Shown here piece after piece: positions 7,324-16,657 of a stretch of DNA of 64,000 nt. The notes beneath the pieces are model-generated. The model was given only the letters and a program-made list of their open reading frames with translations. It did no database searches and was not told where the DNA came from. The stretch's first letter is position 1. Every line of letters begins with the position of its first letter. Both the position numbers and the translations under genes were made by a program. Origin of the DNA: Candidatus Solibacter sp. (GTDB lineage Bacteria; Acidobacteriota; Terriglobia; Acidiferrales; UBA7541). Location of the stretch: contig DATJXZ010000022.1 in assembly GCA_035499815.1 (NCBI GenBank), positions 34,031 through 98,030 of the forward strand, in the 5' to 3' direction.

Positions 7324-9567
7324 GTGGCATCCCACTACCATAGTCTGCCCGCACCTGGACCACAACGCCGAGGAGGACCACGTCACCTTTGGGTTGCGTT
7401 CGCGGCTCTGGCAGCCATTTTTCTGTCACATCGGATAGCGGCGGAGTCCACAAAGGAAATCCGGCGGATACTAATTCTGAATGAAGCAAATCCATCCTAT
7501 CCAGCCATCCCCGTCATCAATCAGGGAATCCAAGCAGCGCTCAATGATTCACATTATCACCTTGAATTCTACTCTGAATACATGGATACCCTGTTATTTC
7601 CCGATCCGGCCGACCAGAAGGAGTTTCGCGATTTCTACCTTCGCAAATATCAGAATCGCAAGCCGGATGTGATTATTACGGTCGGGCCCTCGCCGCTCAG
7701 GCTCATGCAAGAGGTGCATAAGAGCGCGTTTCCCGGCGTGCCGATTGTTTTCTGCTTGCCGCAAGCTGGAGCGCCGGGCGCTCCCGTATTAGATCCCGAT
7801 TTTACGGGTGTTGAGAATGATATGGCTCCGGGCAAGACCCTGGAAATAGCTTTGCGGCTTCAGCCCAGTACGAAAAACGTTTTCGTGGTAGGAGGCGTGT
7901 CAGCCTTCGACCGCATAGGGCAGGCGACAGTCAAGGTCGAACTGAGGGCGTATGAAGGCCGTCTCCACATTTCATATCTTACGGATTTGGCTATGCCTGA
8001 TCTTCTCGAGCGCCTGAAGCACCTTCCGAGTAATGCTCTTGTTCTCCTTACGTCAGTAGGCCAAGACGCGGCAGGAATCAGCTTCAAATCAAACGAACTA
8101 GGTCCAATGGTTGCCGGCGCAGCGAATGCCCCGGTCTTTAGTTTGTTCGACATTTACCTAAATCACGGAGAGGTGGGGGGCTATCTTTCTAGCCTAAGCG
8201 AGCAAGGGAAGATTGCGGGAGACATGGCGCTGAGGCTTCTCAGTGGTGCAAAACCGCAGGACGTTCGCAGGGTAAATGGCGTGAACACTTACATGTTCGA
8301 TTGGCGAGCCATGAAGCGTTGGGGCCTCCAGGAAAGAAACCTCCCTCCTGGCAGTATCGTCCTCAACCGATCACCTACGGCCTGGGAGATTTACAGAGGG
8401 TACATAGTAGCCGGGATTTCTCTAGTCCTAGTGGAGACACTTCTGATTTTCGCACTAGTCTGGCAGATGGGGAAACGAAGAAAGGTGGAAGCCCGGCTAG
8501 CGCGGATTCTGGAAACGGTAAGTGAAAGCGAACAGCGTTTTCGGCTGGTCGCCAACACGGCTCCGGTGATGATTTGGATGTCAGGTCCAGACAAGCTGTG
8601 CACCTATTTCAATCAGCCCTGGCTGGATTTCACCGGCCGTTCACTTGAAACTGAGCTGGGCAACGGCTGGTCGGAAGGGGTGCATCCGGACAACCTGAAG
8701 GATTGTCTGGATGCCTATACAAGGTCATTTGATATTCGCGAATCATTCAAGATGCAGTACCGGCTGCGGCGGCACGATGGAGAATACCGCTGGGTGCTCG
8801 ATATTGGGGTGCCCAGATCGAACCTGGACGGTTCTTTTGCCGGTTATATTGGATCTTGCATCGACATTACGGATCGAAAGCTCGCCGAGGAATCGTTGGA
8901 GAGTGTTGGTCGCAGATTGATTGAAGCCCATGAAGAGGAGCGCACGTGGATCGCGAGGGAGCTTCACGACGACATTAGTCAGCGAATAGCGTTGTTGACC
9001 GTTCAGTTGGAGCATTGTGTGCAACATGTGGCCAACTCTGGGGTCAAAGCCACCGACGATTTTCGTCCCATTTATGAACAGCTCTCCGATTTAGGGAAGG
9101 ACATTCAGGCTCTATCACATCGTCTTCACTCTTCAAAACTCGAATATCTGGGCATTGTGACGGCTGCCAAAAGTTTCTGTGCGGAGTTGTCTGAGCAGCA
9201 GCAGGTAGAGATTGACTTTAGCCATGCGGGGATACCCGACAGCCTTCCCAAAGAAATCTCACTTTGTCTGTTCCGAGTTTTACAGGAAGCTCTGCAGAAT
9301 GCAGTTAAGCACAGCGGTGGGCGGCAATTCAGTGTGAAACTGCAGGGTACCGCGGGAGAGGTTGGACTCAGCGTCAGTGATGGAGGGGTTGGCTTCGACC
9401 CGGAAGATGCGGTCAACCGAAGAGGCCTCGGCCTTGTCAGTATGCGAGAGAGAATGCGAATGGTTGGCGGCGCAGTTTCCATCCAATCCGAACCAAACGG
9501 TGGCACCAAGATCTGTGCTTGGGTACCCCTTGAGGCGAAAAAGCGGTCGGCCAGCGCTGCTGGATAA
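7324..9567 (+). CDS. Sensor histidine kinase: periplasmic solute-binding-like domain, TM, PAS, HisKA_3, HATPase_c
   Basis: 747 aa. The N-terminal hydrophobic segment is followed by about 300 aa resembling ABC-type substrate-binding domains. A second TM is IVAGISLVLVETLLIFALVW. PAS-like: FRLVANTAPVMIWMSGPDKLCTYFNQPW...YRWVLDIG. H-box ARELHDDISQRIALL is the HisKA_3/NarX type. ATPase motifs are EALQNAVKHS, DGGVGF and GLGLVSMRERM. The start (GTG 7324) is uncertain. Confidence 0.9.
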   Translation: MASHYHSLPAPGPQRRGGPRHLWVAFAALAAIFLSHRIAAESTKEIRRILILNEANPSYPAIPVINQGIQAALNDSHYHLEFYSEYMDTLLFPDPADQKEFRDFYLRKYQNRKPDVIITVGPSPLRLMQEVHKSAFPGVPIVFCLPQAGAPGAPVLDPDFTGVENDMAPGKTLEIALRLQPSTKNVFVVGGVSAFDRIGQATVKVELRAYEGRLHISYLTDLAMPDLLERLKHLPSNALVLLTSVGQDAAGISFKSNELGPMVAGAANAPVFSLFDIYLNHGEVGGYLSSLSEQGKIAGDMALRLLSGAKPQDVRRVNGVNTYMFDWRAMKRWGLQERNLPPGSIVLNRSPTAWEIYRGYIVAGISLVLVETLLIFALVWQMGKRRKVEARLARILETVSESEQRFRLVANTAPVMIWMSGPDKLCTYFNQPWLDFTGRSLETELGNGWSEGVHPDNLKDCLDAYTRSFDIRESFKMQYRLRRHDGEYRWVLDIGVPRSNLDGSFAGYIGSCIDITDRKLAEESLESVGRRLIEAHEEERTWIARELHDDISQRIALLTVQLEHCVQHVANSGVKATDDFRPIYEQLSDLGKDIQALSHRLHSSKLEYLGIVTAAKSFCAELSEQQQVEIDFSHAGIPDSLPKEISLCLFRVLQEALQNAVKHSGGRQFSVKLQGTAGEVGLSVSDGGVGFDPEDAVNRRGLGLVSMRERMRMVGGAVSIQSEPNGGTKICAWVPLEAKKRSASAAG

Positions 9568-9765
9568 GGACCGTTACTGTGTCCAAGAATCGACAAGGCA
9601 TAATCTGCGTTTCTATCCAATGTGGTGTAACACGATTGCCGGCCTCACCGCTGGCATGAATGTTGTCACGATTCTTCTGGCTAAATGGATTCAACATCCG
9701 GAAGGCGAAGCAATCGACCACGCTGGGAGCGACCATCCGCATGGTCAATCAAACCTACGACGCAA

Positions 9766-10113
9766 TCAGGAATCATGGTCGAATAAGGTCGAACATCGCC
9801 CGTAATCTGCAGTTAGAAAGTAGGGTTGTTCCTGCGCCACTGAAATTTGTGATGCCAGCTGCAGGTCGACAAGCGGAGTGATACGACGGTCCATTTGCAA
9901 AAACGTGGGCGTCTTATTGCCTGCCGACACTCAATTTATAATCCGAACGTACTTAATCTGCAGATGCTCGACGGCTTCGTCCAGGGAAACCGGGGAGGGA
10001 CGGGACGTTTCCTGAACCTTTGTCGTGGGTCTGGTAAGGTAAACGTCTCGGTTTCCACTTTTAAGAAAATTTGATTGCACTACGGATCGAGGCCGGGAAG
10101 GAAGGAGCCGCAT
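9766..10113 (-). pseudogene. Possible decayed NarL/LuxR-type response regulator remnant (C-terminal part of a receiver plus an HTH-like segment, with an internal stop)
   Basis: A single reverse frame reads ...FLKSGNRDVYLTRPTTKVQE...* ...MDRRITPLVDLQLASQISVAQEQPYFLTADYGRCSTLFDHDS*. The first part resembles the receiver alpha4-beta5 motif (aGA.DYLtKP). The second loosely resembles a GerE/LuxR HTH (LTPRE..VL.L.A.G.S...IA..LF.S..TVK.H). There is a stop at 9931-9933 and another just upstream of 10113, and no N-terminal receiver half. This is a weak call made by eye. Confidence 0.25.
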
Positions 10114-10252
10114 GATGTTGATTATAGGAAGTGGTTTTCACGCGGCGTATCGGCGGATTGCGGTGGGTGGAGAAGAGAGTGGAGGGTAGATTGTCGGGGG
10201 GCGGACGAAAGCGGAGGGTTGGCGCGGTGTAGTAGACTCGTGATTGAGCGTT

Positions 10253-11017
10253 ATGTTTTGTCCTGTTTGCAAGGCGGAGTATCGGCCGGGGTTTACGCGG
10301 TGCGCGGACTGCGACGTGGAGCTGGTTTGGGAATTGCCGGCTGCGGCGATGCTGCGCCATGCGGACGCCGAGCCCGGCGATGACGAAGAAGATCCGTTTT
10401 GTTCGTTCTGGAAGGGCGACGATCCGCGGATCCTGGCCGAGCTTTGTGAACTTCTGGACAAAGAGAAGATCCCGCACAAAACGGTGCGGCGCGAAGATCA
10501 CCTCTTCCACATGTCGAACTTTTCCGCATTTCAGATAGGGATACCGTTTTCGATGTTTGAGCGGGCGGAGGCGATCATCAAGGAAGCGTACGGCAGCGAC
10601 GAAGCTGTCGAGCCTGCCTCGCACCTGCTCCCCATGGATTCCGACCATATTCCCGGCACCCGCTTTACTGCGGGCACCTCCGGGCCCGGCGTCCGATCTC
10701 CTCAGGAGCAGTCGCATGGAGCCGATGGCCCGCCGAACGCGGACTTTTCCGGCGAGAAACTGGAAGATGTGAATGCGGAGAGTGAAGAAATCAATCGGGA
10801 TTCCGAAAACCAGGATTTAGAGGACGCACAGATAGAAGTGTGGTCCGGCAGCGAGCCGGAGCCGGCGGAATTCATCGGGGCCTCGCTGCAGGTCAATCAG
10901 ATTCCTTTCCGCCAAGCAGTGCACGGCGGAAAGTATTTCCTGTACGTGCTTGCCGAAGACGAAGCGCGCGCCCGGGAGATCGTTCGCGAGGTCGTCGATG
11001 GAGTTCCGCCGGAGTAG
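10253..11017 (+). CDS. Hypothetical protein: N-terminal zinc ribbon plus two DUF2007-like modules separated by an acidic linker
   Basis: MFCPVCKAEYRPGFTRCADCDVEL (CxxC...CxxC). The C-terminal module VWSGSEPEPAEFIGASLQVNQIPFR...YVLAEDEARAREIVREVVDGVPPE is paralogous to the next gene. The DUF2007 assignment is from memory and needs an HMM check. Confidence 0.7.
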   Translation: MFCPVCKAEYRPGFTRCADCDVELVWELPAAAMLRHADAEPGDDEEDPFCSFWKGDDPRILAELCELLDKEKIPHKTVRREDHLFHMSNFSAFQIGIPFSMFERAEAIIKEAYGSDEAVEPASHLLPMDSDHIPGTRFTAGTSGPGVRSPQEQSHGADGPPNADFSGEKLEDVNAESEEINRDSENQDLEDAQIEVWSGSEPEPAEFIGASLQVNQIPFRQAVHGGKYFLYVLAEDEARAREIVREVVDGVPPE

Positions 11018-11165
11018 TGCCGCGTTCGCTCTCCCCCACTGGATACATTTGCAGATTGCGATTCGCGGCGAAGAGGCAGGGAACAGTTTTTCTCCGGCGT
11101 AATCGGATGTATCCTTAACCCTCCATTTGCGGCTCATGCCGTGCGCGGATTGCATGGAGGTATAT

Positions 11166-11696
11166 ATGGCTTCGAGGCCGGGACCAGAAGGTTCGCTAGT
11201 CATGTTGTGGGCCGGGGAAGATCCGGCGCTGCACTCCAAGCTAATCGAGGAATTGGATGCGGCGGCGATACCTTATCTTGACAAGCCGACCGGCGAGGAT
11301 GAAGTCGCGCCTACGGCGGATACGCTTCCCATCGATTGGAAAGCGCGGTTCGGATTTGAAGTGGCGGTGCCTTCGTCGAGTTTGGCTACTGCGGGGAAGA
11401 TTCTGGAAAGGCTTTTGGGTGAGGAGCCGGTGGACATGGAGCTGCCCGCCGAAGACGATGCTCCATCCGTTTCGGCTGAAGCGCAGCCGCAGCACGTGAG
11501 CAAAGCCACCAGTGCGGTGTGGTCGGGCGATGATGAGGCGCGTGCCAAATTTTTGGGCCAGGCGCTGAAAGAAAATGATATTCCCGTGCGGGTTGAAGCG
11601 CACGGAGAAGAAACAACGATTTATGTTCCGCCGGAAGAGGAAACCCTCGCCCGCGAAATCATCCGCGAAATTATCGAAGGCGCGCCGCCAGTCTGA
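11166..11696 (+). CDS. Hypothetical protein, tandem paralogue of 10253..11017 (lacks the zinc ribbon)
   Basis: LVMLWAGEDPALHSKLIEELDAAAIPY aligns with FCSFWKGDDPRILAELCELLDKEKIPH in the neighbour. AVWSGDDEARAKFLGQALKENDIPVR...IYVPPEEETLAREIIREIIEGAPPV aligns with the neighbour's C-terminus. I prefer ATG 11166, which has GGAGG 7 nt upstream. Confidence 0.7.
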   Translation: MASRPGPEGSLVMLWAGEDPALHSKLIEELDAAAIPYLDKPTGEDEVAPTADTLPIDWKARFGFEVAVPSSSLATAGKILERLLGEEPVDMELPAEDDAPSVSAEAQPQHVSKATSAVWSGDDEARAKFLGQALKENDIPVRVEAHGEETTIYVPPEEETLAREIIREIIEGAPPV

Positions 11697-11792
11697 ATGA
11701 CGTGCCTGACTGTGCCTGAATCTCGCGTGCGTCCTTTAGTTCCTTAACTTCCTTTACCTCATTTGGTTCACCGAAGCGCGGAGGCCGCCACC

Positions 11793-12656
11793 TTGTCAAT
11801 CGACTCAATCAAAACTGTCGCGGTGCTTGGCGCGGGAACGATGGGGAACGGGATTGCGCACGCGTTTGCGAAATCGGGATACAACGTGATTCTGCGCGAC
11901 GTCGAGCAGCGATTTTTGGAGCGCGGGATGGAGACGATTGGGAAGAATCTGGATCGGGAAATTAAGAAAGGGAAGTTGGCGGAAGCGGAGAAGGGAAGTG
12001 TGATGGGGCGGATTAGGGCGGTGACGGAGATGGCGGCGATTGCGGCGGCGGATTTTGTGGTGGAGGCCGTTCCGGAAAAAATTGAGATTAAGCGGGCGGT
12101 GTTGACGGAGGCGGATGGAATTTTGCGGCCGGACGTGATTCTCGCAAGCAATACTTCGTCGATTGCGATGACGACTTTGGCGGCGTTGACGAAGCGGGCG
12201 GACCGGTTTGTGGGGATGCACTTCATGAACCCCGTGCCGGTGATGGTGTTGGTCGAGGTGATTCGGGCACTGCAAACGAGCGATGCGACGTTTGCGACGA
12301 CGATGGAGCTGGCGAAGAAGTTGGGGAAGACGCCGGTGGCCGTGAACGATGCGCCGGGGTTTGTGTCGAACCGCGTGCTGATGCCGCTGATCAACGAGGC
12401 TGCCTATTGCGTGATGGAAGGCGTGGCGACGCCGGAAGCAGTCGACGCAGTGATGAAGCTGGGGATGAATCATCCGATGGGGCCACTGGAGCTGGCGGAT
12501 TTTATCGGGTTGGATGTGTGCGTGGATATTATGCATGTGCTGCACGAGGGGCTGGGGGATCCGAAGTATCGGGCGTGTCCGCTGTTGAGGAAATATGTGG
12601 CAGCGGGGTGGTTGGGGAGGAAGACGGGGCGGGGATTTTACAATTACGGAGTATAG
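11793..12656 (+). CDS. hbd: 3-hydroxybutyryl-CoA dehydrogenase (3-hydroxyacyl-CoA dehydrogenase family)
   Basis: NAD-binding fold [18 protein letters not shown]. Also [34 protein letters not shown], and [18 protein letters not shown]...[10 protein letters not shown] prefer TTG 11793, with GGAGG 8 nt upstream. The track start is TTG 11763. Confidence 0.93.
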   Translation: MSIDSIKTVAVLGAGTMGNGIAHAFAKSGYNVILRDVEQRFLERGMETIGKNLDREIKKGKLAEAEKGSVMGRIRAVTEMAAIAAADFVVEAVPEKIEIKRAVLTEADGILRPDVILASNTSSIAMTTLAALTKRADRFVGMHFMNPVPVMVLVEVIRALQTSDATFATTMELAKKLGKTPVAVNDAPGFVSNRVLMPLINEAAYCVMEGVATPEAVDAVMKLGMNHPMGPLELADFIGLDVCVDIMHVLHEGLGDPKYRACPLLRKYVAAGWLGRKTGRGFYNYGV

Positions 12657-12695
12657 CGGAGATCCGAAGGGCGAAGATGAAGCGAAAAAATAATG

Positions 12696-12712
12696 TTTGC
12701 TTTTTGTTCGCC
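12696..12712 (+). promoter_or_regulatory. Third copy of the TTYGC-N6-TTCGCC direct repeat (candidate LexA operator), upstream of the small ORF and recA
   Basis: TTTGC (12696-12700), TTTTTG, TTCGC (12707-12711), then C. There is one mismatch to the copies at 2409-2425 and 29633-29649. Only weak -35/-10 candidates lie around it. Confidence 0.4.
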
Positions 12713-12753
12713 ATGGTGGTACTTTGCCTCTCGCGGTTTTCAACAGGTGCGGG

Positions 12754-12963
12754 ATGTGCTCGGCGACGAGGCTGGCGATAAGCTGTCCGGAACATGCTAG
12801 GCTCGAAAGCGAGTTCATCGAGGCGCGCGACCGGATGCGGGGGCTGGTACGGCTCCGGAGCCTCTCGAGCGCGGAAGAGCGGCAACTGGCGGTGCGGGTG
12901 GCTATGGCCATCGCCCGCTTGAAGGAACACGTAGCCGAGCACGGTTGCGAACGCCAGGGCTAA
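12754..12963 (+). CDS. Small hypothetical protein (69 aa) immediately upstream of recA
   Basis: The ORF reads MCSATRLAISCPEHARLESEFIEARDRMRGLVRLRSLSSAEERQLAVRVAMAIARLKEHVAEHGCERQG, which is helical and charged with no recognisable family. The coding call rests only on ORF length and position. Confidence 0.4.
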   Translation: MCSATRLAISCPEHARLESEFIEARDRMRGLVRLRSLSSAEERQLAVRVAMAIARLKEHVAEHGCERQG

Positions 12964-13102
12964 ATTCTCTACTGGGTGGCACTGAAGAAATAAGGCGTAG
13001 CGGAATGATAAATCAAATGGTAATATTCAGGTTCCGCTATGTCCCGGGCCACGGATTTGCGTTGCAGTCGAAATTCCCTAATTTCCTCCACCGAGGTGTG
13101 AA

Positions 13103-14236
13103 ATGACCGAAGAGAAAGAGAAATTGCTGGCAGCAGCGATATCGCAGATTGAAAAGGACCATGGTAAGGGCGCGATTATGCGCCTGGGCAGCCGGGACGT
13201 TCTGGTGCCCGTCAGCGTAATTCCCAGCGGGTGCTTATCGATTGATGCGGCGCTGGGCGTGGGCGGCTTCCCGCGCGGGCGGGTGATCGAGATTTACGGC
13301 CCGGAATCGGGCGGCAAAACGACGATGACGTTGCACGTGATCGCGGAGGCGCAGAAGCTCGGCGGGCAGGCAGCGTTCATCGACGCGGAGCACGCGCTCG
13401 ATCCGGTGTATGCGCGGAAGCTGGGCGTGGACGTGGACAATTTGCTGGTGTCGCAGCCAGATAACGGCGAGCAAGCGCTCGAGATTGCGGAGACGCTGAT
13501 TCGGTCCGGCGGCGTGGACATCGTCGTCGTGGACTCGGTCGCCGCGCTCGTACCAAAGGCGGAACTTGAAGGCGATATGGGCGACCCACAAATGGGTTTG
13601 CAGGCGCGGCTGATGTCGCAAGCGCTACGGAAGCTGACGGCGATTGTCTCAAAGTCAAAGACCTGCCTGATTTTTATCAACCAGATCCGCGAAAAAATCG
13701 GAGTCATGTTTGGCAACCCGGAAACCACGACGGGCGGCCGCGCTCTCAAGTTCTATGCTTCCATGCGTGTTGATATTCGCCGCATCCAGGCCATCAAGGA
13801 AGGCGATAAAGTCGTTGGCTCGCGCACGCGCGCCAAAATCGTCAAAAACAAAGTCGCCGCGCCGTTCCGCGAAGCGGAATTCGACATCGTTTACGGTGAG
13901 GGTATCTCGCGCGAAGGCGACCTGCTCGATCTGGGCGTAGACAAGGGGCTGGTCGAGAAGAGCGGCACGTGGTTGAGCTTTGGCGGCGAACGCATGGGAC
14001 AAGGCCGCGAAAACGCGCGAATCTTCCTGAAAGAAAACAAAGACATTCGCGAAAAATTGGAAAATGCGCTGCGCAAGAAGCTTGAAATCGCCATACCCGG
14101 GAATCCAACAAACGCCGCTGCGACGGGGCCCAACGGGCACGCCTCCGCGTCGGCCCACGGCGAGAAGTCACCTATCAAGGCCGCCGCGGCTGCGGCAGGC
14201 GCAACTGATGCGGGCAAGGCTCGTCCGGCGCGCTGA
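13103..14236 (+). CDS. recA: Recombinase RecA
   Basis: 377 aa. Walker [10 protein letters not shown]; [13 protein letters not shown]; [17 protein letters not shown]; L2 region [20 protein letters not shown]; [14 protein letters not shown]-terminal Ala/Gly/Lys-rich tail is present. Confidence 0.99.
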   Translation: MTEEKEKLLAAAISQIEKDHGKGAIMRLGSRDVLVPVSVIPSGCLSIDAALGVGGFPRGRVIEIYGPESGGKTTMTLHVIAEAQKLGGQAAFIDAEHALDPVYARKLGVDVDNLLVSQPDNGEQALEIAETLIRSGGVDIVVVDSVAALVPKAELEGDMGDPQMGLQARLMSQALRKLTAIVSKSKTCLIFINQIREKIGVMFGNPETTTGGRALKFYASMRVDIRRIQAIKEGDKVVGSRTRAKIVKNKVAAPFREAEFDIVYGEGISREGDLLDLGVDKGLVEKSGTWLSFGGERMGQGRENARIFLKENKDIREKLENALRKKLEIAIPGNPTNAAATGPNGHASASAHGEKSPIKAAAAAAGATDAGKARPAR

Positions 14237-14279
14237 CACGATAAGGCAAACAGCAGCCGCGTCAATCATCTGCGAGCGT

Positions 14280-14310
14280 AGGGGCACGATTTATCGTGGC
14301 CCCTACATTC
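14280..14310 (+). terminator. Hairpin downstream of recA (possible intrinsic terminator)
   Basis: AGGGGCACGA-TTTA-TCGTGGCCCCT forms a roughly 10-bp stem with one bulge, followed by ACATTCTCT. The U-tract is poor. Confidence 0.35.
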
Positions 14311-14392
14311 TCTGGCGTGGCTGGCTGTTGGAACCGAACGGTTCTTGGTTGGCATTGCGTTTCCATCGCGGCTGCCGTGCTAGAATTTTCAA

Positions 14393-15172
14393 GTGACTGA
14401 ACACAACGACGTCATTCGAGAATCGTTCACAACGCAGGCGCAGACCTTTGCCGCGAATCCCTGGGTAACGGACGAAGAGCGCATCCGCCGATTGGTAGTT
14501 GCGGCTCGTCTCACCGGCAACGAACGCGTGCTGGATATCGCGACGGGACCGGGCTACATCGCTGAGGCCTTTGCTCGGGGTGCACGCGAAGCCGTCGGCG
14601 TGGACTTGACCGACGCGATGCTGGCGATCGCGAGAGATCGCACCAAAGAGCGGGGCGTCTCGAATATCTCTTTCCGCGCCGCTGATGCGCAACATCTTCC
14701 TTTTGAAAATGGGTCGTTTGACGTGGTGGTCTGCCGGCTGGCGTTCCATCATCTCCAGAAGCCGCTGACTGTCCTGCGCGAAATGGCGCGCGTCTGCGGC
14801 AGCGGCGGAAAAGTCGTCGTGGAAGACATTTTCGCCAGCGAATTTCCCCAGCGTGCTGCATATCAGGATCGCTGGGAAATTTTGCGCGATCCATCGCACG
14901 TTCGAACGCTTCCGCTCAGTGAACTGCTCCGACTTTTTCGCGATTCGAATCTGGAGACTGATTTTCTCTCGACCGCCGACGATCTTACTCCCGAAGTCGA
15001 GCGCTGGCTCGTCACTACCAAAGTCCCTCCCGATCGCGAAGCCGAAATTCGAACTCTTTTGGACGAAGATCGTCTCCACGATCTCAGCGGCACAAGGCCG
15101 TTTCAAGATGCGACGGGGAGACTTTCCTTCCACGCGCGCACGGCAATCCTTATCGGGCGGAAGGTCAGTTGA
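14393..15172 (+). CDS. Class I SAM-dependent methyltransferase
   Basis: Motif I VLDIATGPGYIA, then post-I and motif II regions (GVDLTDAML, FDVVVCRLAFHHL, GGKVVVED). The start is GTG. Confidence 0.85.
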   Translation: MTEHNDVIRESFTTQAQTFAANPWVTDEERIRRLVVAARLTGNERVLDIATGPGYIAEAFARGAREAVGVDLTDAMLAIARDRTKERGVSNISFRAADAQHLPFENGSFDVVVCRLAFHHLQKPLTVLREMARVCGSGGKVVVEDIFASEFPQRAAYQDRWEILRDPSHVRTLPLSELLRLFRDSNLETDFLSTADDLTPEVERWLVTTKVPPDREAEIRTLLDEDRLHDLSGTRPFQDATGRLSFHARTAILIGRKVS

Positions 15173-15529
15173 CTGTCGAGTCCTGGCCCGACGGCCAGCC
15201 ATTCAAAACAAAGCACATAGGGGCGTACTGGTGCAGTTTGGCTATTGCGTACTATCCCCTGAACTGCCTAGAATGTGTCTCATCCTGAGAGGTGCTGTTT
15301 CTCTTCGGAACAAGCTGGGCTGCCGCGGCGGCGGTAAGTGGCATCAAATGAGCAATCTGGTAATTTGGCGCTTTGGGTGCAATACCAATGGATGTCCGAG
15401 CATCGGCCGCTTTGCGGGTTTGACGAAAAAGAAAGCGGCGAGAGAATGCAGATTGACCGCCGGGACAGTATGGGGTACATATTCGCCCTCAGGCAATACT
15501 GGGGGAAGTCGCAAAACAGGGGCCAAGCG

Positions 15530-16636
15530 GTGAAAAAAGAAGCACGAGCACTCCTCGCAATTTTGATGACGGTGTTTTTTGCAGCGCCAGTTCCAGCAGC
15601 GCCGAGCAGCGGTCACGGCGGGACGCGCAGCCGCACTCGCAGATATGCTTCGCGCTATCGCGGCGTGCCGACGTTTGCCGATTCGACGAGTTCTGACGTT
15701 TCGACGTACGATGATCCGGTCGTGCGCGAGGCAGCCGTGGAAGCGCTGGGGCGCTACAACGGATCAGTGGTTGCGGTCGATCCGAACACCGGACGTATCC
15801 TCACGGTCGTAAATCAAAAATTGGCATTTGGCGACGGGTACATCCCCTGCTCGACGATCAAGCCGACCATCGCCGTCGCCGCGCTCGAAGAGAACGTGAT
15901 CACACGGGACACGATGCTCAAGGTGAGCTATCGCAAGTACATGAATTTGACCGACGCGATGGCGCACTCCAACAACGCATTTTTCGAGGAACTTGGGCGC
16001 CGCATGGGATTCGACACGATTTCGAAATATGCGCGCCTGTTGGGATTGGGTGAGCTTGCCGGATACGATCTGCCGGAAGAGCATCCAGGGTCGTTTCCAA
16101 GCGCGCCGCCCGCGTTCGGTGGAGTCGCACGGATGTCCAGCTTCGGCCAAGGCATTCAGATTACTCCCTTACAGCTGGCCGCGCTGGCGTCGGCGTTTGC
16201 AAATGGCGGAACGCTTTACTACTTGCAGTATCCGCGGACACCGGAAGAGGTGAAGGATTTTGCGCCGCGAGTGAAACGGGAACTGAACATCGCATCCGTG
16301 CTGCCAGAAGTCCGGGAAGGGATGCTCGCCGCCGTTCTGTATGGAACGGGCAAGTCGAGCTTTGACCGCGACGGCGACGAGACACCGCTCGGCAAGACAG
16401 GTACTTGCGATGATCACACCACGCCTTCACGCATCGGCTGGTTTGTCACCTACGCCGATGAAGCCCACCCAAAAATCGCCATTGCCGTTCTGCTTCGCGG
16501 GAACACGCGGCGAGTGAAGGGTCCCATGGCGGCTGTAATCGCCGGACACATGTACCGTAAGCTTCGGGAACAGAATTATTTCGCGGAAACCACGGCGACT
16601 TCCACGCCTCTGACGCCGCTGATTTCAGGCAAGTAA
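15530..16636 (+). CDS. Penicillin-binding protein, transpeptidase domain (monofunctional)
   Basis: SxxK (CSTIKP), SxN (HSNNAF) and KTG (GKTGTC) are present in the canonical order. I prefer GTG 15530, which gives a signal-peptide-like N-terminus KKEARALLAILMTVFFAAPVPAAP. The track ORF starts at 15338. Confidence 0.85.
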   Translation: MKKEARALLAILMTVFFAAPVPAAPSSGHGGTRSRTRRYASRYRGVPTFADSTSSDVSTYDDPVVREAAVEALGRYNGSVVAVDPNTGRILTVVNQKLAFGDGYIPCSTIKPTIAVAALEENVITRDTMLKVSYRKYMNLTDAMAHSNNAFFEELGRRMGFDTISKYARLLGLGELAGYDLPEEHPGSFPSAPPAFGGVARMSSFGQGIQITPLQLAALASAFANGGTLYYLQYPRTPEEVKDFAPRVKRELNIASVLPEVREGMLAAVLYGTGKSSFDRDGDETPLGKTGTCDDHTTPSRIGWFVTYADEAHPKIAIAVLLRGNTRRVKGPMAAVIAGHMYRKLREQNYFAETTATSTPLTPLISGK

Positions 16637-16657
16637 TAAACCAACAGACATCGAAGA

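Noticed and set aside
11805-12911. 368-aa - strand ORF
   Set aside because: It is extremely Arg/Pro/His-rich, which is typical of a wrong-strand frame in GC-rich DNA. It lies opposite the well-supported hbd gene.
13030-13044. GTTC-CGCTATG-TCCC upstream of recA as a LexA box
   Set aside because: It has two mismatches in the second half-site and no T-rich spacer. It is too weak to call on its own and is mentioned only under the recA finding.
14331-14344. GAACCG-AA-CGGTTC inverted repeat between recA and the methyltransferase, as a Gram-positive-type LexA box
   Set aside because: The spacing (GAAC-N6-GTTC) does not fit the CGAAC-N4-GTTCG class. It is equally explained as a small hairpin downstream of recA.
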